The translations under genes were made by a program, and so were the position numbers. A stretch of 64,000 nucleotides of DNA, taken from positions 1-64,000 of the forward strand of contig JAQBHB010000031.1 of NCBI GenBank assembly GCA_032128115.1, read 5' to 3'. Every line of letters begins with the position of its first letter. The first letter of the stretch is position 1. The DNA comes from Deltaproteobacteria bacterium. GTDB taxonomy: Bacteria > Myxococcota_A > UBA9160 > SMWR01. Under the pieces are notes generated by a model, which saw only the letters and a list, made by a program, of their open reading frames with translations, ran no database searches and was not told the origin of the DNA. Of the stretch, positions 56,623 to 64,000 are shown piece by piece.

Positions 56623-57894
56623 TCAGGGAAACACGCCCCGTCGGCGCTTGGCTTCGGCGATCCGCCCGATCCCCAGCATGAGCGCGGCGGTCCGCAGGTC
56701 GACGACCTTCTCGTCCGCCGTGCGCCGCACGTCCGCGTAGGCGTCGCGCATGATCTTGATCAGCCGGCCGTTGATTTCGTCAGCAGACCAGAACTGGTTC
56801 TGGACGCCCTGAAGCCACTCGAAATACGAGACCGTCACACCGCCAGCGTTGGCCAGGATGTCGGGAACCACGACGATGCCGCGATCTGCGAGAATCTCGT
56901 CGGCCTCGAGGGTGGTGGGACCGTTGGCGCCCTCGACGACCATCCGACACTGCAGCCTCGCTGCGTTCTCCGCGGTGAGCTGATTCTGGATCGCGGCGGG
57001 AACCAGGATGTCGCAGGGAACCTCGAGGACCTCCCGATTGCCCACGAGATCCGCGCCCTGATATCCCTCGAGGAATCTGTTTTCTGCCACCCAGGCCTCG
57101 ACGTCGGCGACGTCGAGACCGTTGGGATCGTAGAGGCCGTGGTTCACATCGGAGACCGCCACGATGCGGGCGCCAAGCTCGCTGGCGATGCGCGCCACCG
57201 TGGCGCCCACCTCGCCGAATCCCTGGATCGCAATGCGAGCCTCCTGGAGGTCGATGTTCTCGAGGCGACAGGCCTCCATCATGCAGGTCATGATGCCCCG
57301 ACCCGTTGCCTCCTTGCGACCGTGGGAGCCGCCGATCTCGAGCGGCTTGCCCGTGACGACTCCCGGCACCGAGTAGCCCTTCTGCTGCGAGTAGGTGTCC
57401 ATCATCCAGGCCATCACCTGCTCGTCCGTTCCCAGATCCGGCCCGGGTACGTCGCGCTCGGGGCCGATCACGTCGATGATTTCGGAGGTGAAGCGCCGCG
57501 TGACACGCTGCAGCTCGCGGGGAGAAAACGTGCGTGGGTTGATGCGAAGACCACCCTTGGCTCCACCGAAGGGCAGCCTCACGATGGCGCACTTCCACGA
57601 CATCCACATGGCCAGGGCCGTCACCTCGCCCAGGGTCACGTCCGCGTCATAGCGCATGCCGCCCTTGGTGGGCCCCATGGTGAGCAGGTGCTGCACCCGA
57701 TAGCCGAAGACCGTGGAGACCGTGTCGTAGTTGTCGCGGCGGAACGGAAACGTAACCACATGGGCGCGCTGCGGAGTGCGCAGGCGCTGCCAGATGTTTT
57801 CGTCCAGGTTCATGCGGCGGGCGGTCTGGTCGAGCTGAGCGACCGCCAGCCGGTGCATGGGTGAATCCCACTCGAGCGCGTTGACGTCGTCCAC
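56623..57894 (-). CDS. gdhA: Glu/Leu/Phe/Val dehydrogenase (glutamate dehydrogenase)
   Basis: GPTKGGMRY, GGAKGG, DVPGPD, VTGKP, GFGEVG, EGANGP, NAGGV.VSY. Confidence 0.93.
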   Translation of the reverse strand: MDDVNALEWDSPMHRLAVAQLDQTARRMNLDENIWQRLRTPQRAHVVTFPFRRDNYDTVSTVFGYRVQHLLTMGPTKGGMRYDADVTLGEVTALAMWMSWKCAIVRLPFGGAKGGLRINPRTFSPRELQRVTRRFTSEIIDVIGPERDVPGPDLGTDEQVMAWMMDTYSQQKGYSVPGVVTGKPLEIGGSHGRKEATGRGIMTCMMEACRLENIDLQEARIAIQGFGEVGATVARIASELGARIVAVSDVNHGLYDPNGLDVADVEAWVAENRFLEGYQGADLVGNREVLEVPCDILVPAAIQNQLTAENAARLQCRMVVEGANGPTTLEADEILADRGIVVVPDILANAGGVTVSYFEWLQGVQNQFWSADEINGRLIKIMRDAYADVRRTADEKVVDLRTAALMLGIGRIAEAKRRRGVFP

Positions 57895-58088
57895 GTTCGC
57901 AAGCCTATCACGCCCAACGAGCTGCCCGCCCTGGAGCGCGTGGTCGCGCCGGACGACTCCCCCAGCGTGCGCAACCTGCGGAACGCGGTGGCCATCACCG
58001 ACAACCTCCTGCACGGCCACACCCGGAATCCCCGGGACTACGACACGCGTGGATTCGAACGGACTGGGGATCTCCCGGTCGGCCAGCT

Positions 58089-58138
58089 CCAGCACCGGTG
58101 CGAACTCCCTGAGCCAGCACCGGCACGAACTCCCTGAG
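58089..58138. repeat. 25-bp tandem duplication (23/25 identical)
   Basis: CCAGCACCGG(TG/CA)CGAACTCCCTGAG x2. Confidence 0.85.
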
Positions 58139-58299
58139 CGGCCGGCAGGTGTCTCGACCCAACAGCTGTGGGACCGCGGGTAGACCTGTGCCCACGGGTC
58201 GGGTCGGGGGTTTCCCCCACGGTCGCCGGGAACGACGCAACCCCGTGATATCATTCGCCCGCGAATCCCCGTCACCGGCTTCCCGGGAGGGAGAACCCG

Positions 58300-59010
58300 A
58301 TGACAGAAAATCCGTACACCCCGCCCAGTTCCGACCTGGGCGTCGAGCCGGGCCGACGGCTGGCCGGGGGCGCCGGCGATTTCGACATCGGGGAGTGCGT
58401 CAACGAGGCCTGGGCCAACACCTGGGCCCACTTTCCCCTCTGGCTCGGTGTCGGCTTCGTTGGCATCTCCGCCATGATGCTGGCAGCTGCGACCGTGGTC
58501 GGCCTGTTCATCGTGGTGCCCGTGCTGTGGTGGGGCGGAATCTACTTTCTGCTTCGGGTGCACGACGGCGGCGCCGAGTTTGGCGATCTGTTCGCAGGAT
58601 TCTCACGCTATGCGGTAGTCCTGGTGGGAATGCTCGTGTGCTACGTCCTGCTCTTGCTGGTGGGCATGGTGGGCCCCGGTCTGCAGTTCGCGGGCGAGGC
58701 CATCGGCAACAACGCCTTCATCTGGGCGGGCATGGCGACCAACCTGGTGATCGCCTTGCTGGTGACCCCCCGGCTCAACTTTGCCTACTTCTACATCGTG
58801 GATCAGGATCTCTCCCCTACCGAGGCGCTCGCCCGGGCCTGGGCCGACACGGCCAAGGCCAGGTGGAAGGTGTTGGTCATGGTGATCTTGAGCATTCTCT
58901 TCATGGTCGTCGGGGTCATGGCGCTGGTGGTGGGGATGATTCCCGCCGCCATGGTGGTCTCGATGATGTGGGTGTCCGCCTATCGCCAGATCGCGGGCCA
59001 GGTCGCCTGA
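58300..59010 (+). CDS. conserved integral membrane protein with N-terminal NPY motif
   Basis: MTENPYTPP start, GGAG RBS, several TM helices. Confidence 0.8.
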   Translation: MTENPYTPPSSDLGVEPGRRLAGGAGDFDIGECVNEAWANTWAHFPLWLGVGFVGISAMMLAAATVVGLFIVVPVLWWGGIYFLLRVHDGGAEFGDLFAGFSRYAVVLVGMLVCYVLLLLVGMVGPGLQFAGEAIGNNAFIWAGMATNLVIALLVTPRLNFAYFYIVDQDLSPTEALARAWADTAKARWKVLVMVILSILFMVVGVMALVVGMIPAAMVVSMMWVSAYRQIAGQVA

Positions 59011-59021
59011 GCTCCGCACCC

Positions 59022-59729
59022 ATGGCAGCCGGGGTGTTGGACACCGTTCACACGGTAGAAACCCCCGAAGGTGTCCGACTGGTATTGCGCGCGGCGGGCC
59101 CCGTGCCTCGCGCCCTGGCGTTCTTCCTGGATCTCTTCCTGCGTGTGAGCTTCTACACGGTGGCGTCGCTCGTGATCGGCATCACCCTCCCCGGCTTCTT
59201 CGCCCCGCTGCTCGTGATCGTGATCTTCGTGGGTGAGTGGTTCTACCCGGTGCTGTTCGAGGTGCTGAACCAGGGACAGACCCTGGGCAAGAAGCTCGTG
59301 GGTCTGCGCGTGGTGAACGAGGACGGCACGCGCGTGGGTGGGTCGACCTCGTTGCTGCGCAACCTGCTGCTCGCGGCCGACCTGCTGCCTGGAACCTACA
59401 TGGCGGGCCTGATCTCCACGCTGTCGAGCCCGAGCTTCCAGCGACTGGGCGACCTGGCGGCAGGAACCCTGGTGATCCACGTGGAGAGGCCGAGCCCCAA
59501 GCTTCCCGGCCTCGAAGCCGCGCCCATAGCACCTCCGCTGTCGCTGACCCTCGAGGAGCAGCGGGCCGTGATCGACTTCGCGGAGCGCGCTGCGCTCTTC
59601 TCCGACTCCCGCGCCGACGAGCTGGCGTCACTGGCGACCCCGCTCCTCGGCGGCGCAGGCTCGCCCCGCCAGCGCCTGCTGGGGATGGGCGCCTGGCTGC
59701 GAGGACGCAGCCACGGGAGCCGCCCGTGA
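59022..59729 (+). CDS. RDD family protein
   Basis: ETPEGV, R.LA...D, GQTLGK...LRVV, RN, QRLGDLAAGT.V. Confidence 0.92.
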   Translation: MAAGVLDTVHTVETPEGVRLVLRAAGPVPRALAFFLDLFLRVSFYTVASLVIGITLPGFFAPLLVIVIFVGEWFYPVLFEVLNQGQTLGKKLVGLRVVNEDGTRVGGSTSLLRNLLLAADLLPGTYMAGLISTLSSPSFQRLGDLAAGTLVIHVERPSPKLPGLEAAPIAPPLSLTLEEQRAVIDFAERAALFSDSRADELASLATPLLGGAGSPRQRLLGMGAWLRGRSHGSRP

Positions 59730-60682
59730 AACAGGAGACGTTCGAGCAGACCCGCGAAACACGCTGGCGCCGCTTCGAGGAAATCCTTGGTGGCCTGGAA
59801 GCCCGCGAAGCTGGCGATCCCGGCTTTCCCCGCATGTATCGCATGGTGTGCCAGGATCTGGCGCTGGCGCGGACCCGGGGCTTCGGCGCCTCGCTGGTGG
59901 ATCGCCTGAACGCGCTCGCGCTCCGCGGCCACCAGCACCTGTACAGCGACCGTGCGGATCGCATCCGTCCCGTCGAGTTCCTGGCCCGGACCTTTCCCCG
60001 GGCGGTGCGGCGCGAGGCTCGACTCGTGCTCCTGGTGTCGTTGCTCTTCTACGGGTCGGCGGGCCTGATCTACGTACTGGACATGCAATCGCCGAGCCTG
60101 ATCTACCACATGCTGAGTGCCGATCAGGTGGCGGATATGGAGTCGATGTACGACCCGCTCGCCGAACATCGCCGAGGCGAGCGCGAAACGACCGGCGACA
60201 TGGAGATGTTCGCTTACTACGTGAGCAACAACATCGGGATTTCGCTCAGGACCTTTGCGTGGGGAATCTTCTTCGGCATCGGGAGCGTCTTCGTGATCGT
60301 CTTCAACGGGATCTATCTCGGCGTGATCGCTGCGCACCTGACGATGGAAGGGTCGACCAGCACCTTCTTTCCCTTCGTGATCGGGCACGGTCCGTTCGAG
60401 CTGACCGCCATCGTGCTGGCCGGCGTGTGCGGCCTGAAGCTGGGCTGGACCCTGATCGCGCCGGGCCGCGACTCGCGCAAGATCGCGCTGCGCCAGGCGG
60501 CGCACAAAACCGTCCCGATCCTCTACGGCCTGATCCTGATGCTCCTGGTGGCGGCGGTGATCGAAGCGTTCTGGTCGTCGACCCATTGGGTGCCCGTGCC
60601 CGTGAAACTCGGAGTCGGAGCCGGGCTCTGGCTGGCGGTGGGCGGGTGGCTCGGGCTGGGCGGAAGAAGCCGTGCGAACTGA
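59726..60682 (+). CDS. SpoIIM-family (DUF95) membrane protein
   Basis: YR..CQDL..AR, NN, FNG, HG.FEL.AI, A..IEAF.S; GTGA overlap. Confidence 0.9.
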   Translation: MKQETFEQTRETRWRRFEEILGGLEAREAGDPGFPRMYRMVCQDLALARTRGFGASLVDRLNALALRGHQHLYSDRADRIRPVEFLARTFPRAVRREARLVLLVSLLFYGSAGLIYVLDMQSPSLIYHMLSADQVADMESMYDPLAEHRRGERETTGDMEMFAYYVSNNIGISLRTFAWGIFFGIGSVFVIVFNGIYLGVIAAHLTMEGSTSTFFPFVIGHGPFELTAIVLAGVCGLKLGWTLIAPGRDSRKIALRQAAHKTVPILYGLILMLLVAAVIEAFWSSTHWVPVPVKLGVGAGLWLAVGGWLGLGGRSRAN

Positions 60683-62159
60683 CCAGATAAAGGCCGTGCT
60701 GCGCGGCCGCGAGGGACTCGAGGCCGTGGACCTGGGCTTTCGCATGGCGCGCGCGTGGTGGCGCTCGCTGGCGGCCGGCTGGCTGGTCTTCGTGGCGCCC
60801 ATCGCCACGGGGATCATCCTGGCCCTGCGCGACCATCCCTTCTGGGCGCTGGCCCTGTTGTGGTGGCTGCGCCCCGCCTTCGCGCGCATCCCCCTGTCCA
60901 CCCTGAGCCGGCTGCTGTTCGGAGAACCCACCGGGTTGCTCACGACGGCCCGGGCCCTGCCCGACCTGCTGCGCTCGGGGCTGGCCACGTCGCTCTTCAT
61001 CCAGCGCCTGTCTCCGGCGCGAACCTTCCTGCTTCCGGTGCTCCAGCTGGAAGGCCTGCGCGGTGCGGCGCGTCGCCAGCGTTGCGCGGCCCTGGGTCGC
61101 CGCGACGCCGGATCGGCCATGGGACTCATGACCGCGGGCGCCTACTTCAACTTCGCCCTGATCCTGGGTGGGCTGCTTCTGGTGGATTTCCTGGTTCCTT
61201 CGGAGGTCGCGTGGAGCGTATTCCAGTGCTTCGAACCGCTGTGGGATGACAGCGCCAGCGGAGGTGCCCTGCTTCCCATCGTGTACTTCCTGGGCATGAG
61301 CGTCGTCGAACCCCTGCTGGTCGCCGGCGGCTTCGCTCTCTACCTGAACCGGCGGGTCTATCTGGAGGGCTGGGACATCGACCTGGCTCTGCGGCGTCTC
61401 ACGCGCAGGGTCGAGGAGCAGACGCACCGTTCCAGCCGCCTGCATGCCGCGATCCTGGCCGGATTCGCGCTGCTGGCGGCGGCTCCCGCCGCCGACGCCC
61501 AGGAGGTGTGCAATCCGGACGATCCGAGCTCGGCGAACGCCTGCATCCGCTCGGTCCTCGAGTCGGACGACTTCGGCTCGGTGCGCGAGGTTACCCGATG
61601 GGTGCGTCGCCAGGGCGACGAGAGTGCATTGGCGCCGTGGCCCGACGGCCTGTTCGATTGGTTGTTTCCCGACTGGCTGCCGGGCTTCCTGGCGTCCGGG
61701 TTCGAGCTCGGTCTGTGGATCGGCATTGCGGTACTTGGCGTGATGCTGGTGATGGCCGTGGCGCGCCGGATGGAGAAAATCAATCCGATGCCCACTGGCG
61801 TGCCGAAGCGGCGACCCCGCGTGTCGGGTCTCGATCTCGACCCCAGCTCACTGCCAGACGACGTGGTGGCCGCCGCCCGTGCCCATTGGGCCCGGGGGGC
61901 GCCCATCCAGGCGCTGAGCCTGCTGTACCGCGGAGCCCTGTCTCGGCTGGTCGAGCGCCGGTTGCTGCCGATTCCCGACAGCGCCACCGAGCTCGAGTGC
62001 GTGCGCCTTGTGGACCGCAGCCTCGAGGAAGACGCGGCCCGGACCTTCGGCGATCTGACCCTGGCGTGGATTGCCACGCGCTACGCGGGAGAGCCGCCGC
62101 CCACTTCTCTCTTCGAGAGCCTCTGCCAACGCTATCCGGTATTTGGAACGCCGTCGTGA
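60672..62159 (+). CDS. DUF4129-domain membrane protein
   Basis: EA.DLG, LEGL.G, LYLNRR..LEGWDI, ALSLLYRG.L, TE.EC. Confidence 0.85.
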   Translation: MRTDQIKAVLRGREGLEAVDLGFRMARAWWRSLAAGWLVFVAPIATGIILALRDHPFWALALLWWLRPAFARIPLSTLSRLLFGEPTGLLTTARALPDLLRSGLATSLFIQRLSPARTFLLPVLQLEGLRGAARRQRCAALGRRDAGSAMGLMTAGAYFNFALILGGLLLVDFLVPSEVAWSVFQCFEPLWDDSASGGALLPIVYFLGMSVVEPLLVAGGFALYLNRRVYLEGWDIDLALRRLTRRVEEQTHRSSRLHAAILAGFALLAAAPAADAQEVCNPDDPSSANACIRSVLESDDFGSVREVTRWVRRQGDESALAPWPDGLFDWLFPDWLPGFLASGFELGLWIGIAVLGVMLVMAVARRMEKINPMPTGVPKRRPRVSGLDLDPSSLPDDVVAAARAHWARGAPIQALSLLYRGALSRLVERRLLPIPDSATELECVRLVDRSLEEDAARTFGDLTLAWIATRYAGEPPPTSLFESLCQRYPVFGTPS

Positions 62160-63388
62160 AGAAACGGCTGCGGACGATCGCGATCGCCGTGATGGCGGCG
62201 GCCAGCGCGGGCGGGCTCTTCCTGGCCTGCTTCGAGCGAAAGACCGATGAGGTCGAGATCGGCCGGTCGCAGGAAGCCCTCGGGAACCGCTACCTGGCGC
62301 TGGGTCGGACGCTCGAGCGTATGGGACACGAGACGGTCACACTCGGCGGGCCGAGCGAACTCCTGGAGAGGCTTCCGCCCAGCGATGGCACCCTCTTCCT
62401 GCCGATCCATCGCAGGACCTTGACCCGCGAGCACAACCAGCGTCTGCTCGACTGGGTGGAAGCGGGCGGACACCTGATCGCCGTAACCTACGCGCTCTGG
62501 GACGACCCGGAGCGGGAGCCCGACGATCTGCTGGACCGTTTCGGCTTCAAGCAGTATCAGCACCGCGCAGACGATGGCCCGCTAGCGAAGCCGCTGGCGC
62601 CCGACAAAACCGGAGAACTCGAAACGGATCCCGGTGGGGACGAGCCCAGAGGCGAACAGGAGGACTCGCGCTGGGAGGTGGCGGAAGCCCATTGGCCCGG
62701 CGTAAACGAGCCGCTGCAGGTGGCGTTCGACCCGAACTTCTACTGGGAGGCCGCCGACTGGGGCCAACCAGTCTGGAGAATCACCGGCGACCTGGGGACC
62801 CACCTGCTGACGATTGCCCACGGCGCCGGCCGGATCACCGCGGCCACGGACGACTACTTCCTGAGCAACGACTTCGCGGGCGACCTGGATCACGCGGAGC
62901 TGGCGGTGCGGCTTGCCCGGATGGGAGGTCGCAGCGGTCCCGTCTGGATCGTGTTCTCCGAGGAGTGGCCGGGGCTCTGGAGCCAGGCGCGAAAATACGC
63001 GACGCCCGTGATGCTGAGTCTCGCCCTGCTGATCGCGGCCTGGTTGTGGCGCGCTTCGCTCCGCTTCGGGCCGCTGCGGCCAGCCCCGTCTGGCGAGCGC
63101 CGGCGCTGGATGGAGCATCTGGAGGCTGTGGGCCGCTACCACTGGCGTCACGACCGGGGGCGAACCCTGGTCGAAGCCGCGCGTGCCAGTGTGGCAGGGT
63201 CACTCACGCGGCGGCGCCCGGGATGGGCCCGGCTCCCGATCCGGGACCGGGCTCGGCATCTGTCGGAGCTCACCGGACTCACCACCCTCCAGGCGGCCGC
63301 CGCCCTCGACGCATCGGTGTACCCCAGGGAGGAGAACCACTTCGCCACCACGATCGCCAGACTGGAGAGGATCCGAAAGGCCCTATGA
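62156..63388 (+). CDS. DUF4350-domain protein
   Basis: LLDWVEAGGHL, G.G.I, N..DHA, W....RFGP, EHLEA.G. Confidence 0.82.
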   Translation: MKKRLRTIAIAVMAAASAGGLFLACFERKTDEVEIGRSQEALGNRYLALGRTLERMGHETVTLGGPSELLERLPPSDGTLFLPIHRRTLTREHNQRLLDWVEAGGHLIAVTYALWDDPEREPDDLLDRFGFKQYQHRADDGPLAKPLAPDKTGELETDPGGDEPRGEQEDSRWEVAEAHWPGVNEPLQVAFDPNFYWEAADWGQPVWRITGDLGTHLLTIAHGAGRITAATDDYFLSNDFAGDLDHAELAVRLARMGGRSGPVWIVFSEEWPGLWSQARKYATPVMLSLALLIAAWLWRASLRFGPLRPAPSGERRRWMEHLEAVGRYHWRHDRGRTLVEAARASVAGSLTRRRPGWARLPIRDRARHLSELTGLTTLQAAAALDASVYPREENHFATTIARLERIRKAL

Positions 63389-64000
63389 GCACCGAAGTGC
63401 AGTCTCCGCTTCCCCTGGCCGAAGCCACCGCCTTGGCCTCGCGCATCCGCCACGAGATCTCCAAGGCGATGATCGGACAGCAGGCCGTCGTCGAGCAGGT
63501 GATCATCACGTTGGTGGCCGCTGGCCACGGCTTGCTCGAGGGCGTCCCCGGCCTGGGCAAGACCCTGCTGGCCCGGGCCCTGGCCCTGAGCTTCTCGGGC
63601 TCGACCCGTCGGGTGCAGTTCACGCCGGACCTGATGCCGGCCGACCTGGTGGGACACGTGATGTACGAGGCGAAAAGCGGCGAGATGCGTCTGCGTCGCG
63701 GGCCCGTCTTTACCAACCTGCTACTGGCCGACGAGATCAACCGGGCGCCCGCCAAGACCCAGTCGGCCCTGCTCGAGGTGATGCAGGAACGGCAGGTCAC
63801 CATCGAGGGCGATTCGCTTCCGGTACCCGCGCCGTTCCTGACCCTGGCCACCCAGAACCCCATCGAGATGGAGGGCACGTATCCCCTGCCCGAGGCCCAG
63901 CTGGATCGCTTTCTCCTGAAGATCCACCTGGACTACCCCAGTGAAGACGAGGAGGTGAGGCTCACGCGCCACGTGACCGACGGTCGCGTGGGAGATGCCC
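63385..64000 (+). CDS. moxR: MoxR-family AAA+ ATPase (partial, runs off the window end)
   Basis: IGQ, LEGVPGLGKT, QFTPDLMPAD, LADEINRAPAKTQSALLE, TQNP.E.EGTY.LPEAQLDRF. Confidence 0.95.
   Translation, partial: MSTEVQSPLPLAEATALASRIRHEISKAMIGQQAVVEQVIITLVAAGHGLLEGVPGLGKTLLARALALSFSGSTRRVQFTPDLMPADLVGHVMYEAKSGEMRLRRGPVFTNLLLADEINRAPAKTQSALLEVMQERQVTIEGDSLPVPAPFLTLATQNPIEMEGTYPLPEAQLDRFLLKIHLDYPSEDEEVRLTRHVTDGRVGDA

Noticed and set aside
15534..58138. Short repeats as CRISPR arrays
   Set aside because: Only two to four adjacent copies, no spacers and no cas genes
59726..60682. Sporulation function from the SpoIIM and CotH family names
   Set aside because: Both families are widespread in non-endospore-formers and there is no sporulation context here

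Overview
High-GC bacterial chromosomal window. PEP-CTERM sorting, sigma-54 regulation and selenocysteine use suggest a Myxococcota-like or related deltaproteobacterial genome (inference). No rRNA, tRNA or CRISPR array was recognised. In order, the window holds: the 3' part of an IS481 element; a lipid/steroid-type catabolic cluster (SCP2-type thiolase, DUF35, decayed acyl-CoA dehydrogenase, GntR, P450, enoyl-CoA hydratase, amidohydrolase, SDR); a broken transposase; a DUF4956-CotH kinase-VTC operon; IS91/IS481/ion-channel debris; a histone-like protein; a Thr-type sulfatase-like lipoprotein; a PEP-CTERM beta-propeller/di-haem protein; arsC-acr3 with a decapitated arsR; a TPR-SGNH protein; an EB_dh-DUF1080 fusion behind a decayed Fe3+ ABC operon; a diadenylate cyclase-YbbR fusion upstream of a CNNM/CBS gene; TetR-rhodanese-methyltransferase; a porin/binding-protein/HK/sigma-54 regulator module with a reversed sigma-54 promoter; a selenocysteine glutathione peroxidase; OsmC; a quinohaemoprotein ADH; an envelope/lipid-modification region (GT-C, SGNH x4, fatty-acid hydroxylase, ceramidase, HTTM); a sulfatase; glutamate dehydrogenase; and an RDD-SpoIIM-DUF4129-DUF4350-MoxR operon. 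The strongest signals are (1) a Sec-GPx truncated in the ORF track, with an fdhF-like SECIS, (2) the VTC/DUF4956/CotH trio as a candidate polyphosphate export and extracellular phosphorylation system, and (3) a consensus sigma-54 promoter firing antisense into the adjacent two-component genes, possibly through a precise inversion. All family calls come from motif recognition by eye; no database search was run.
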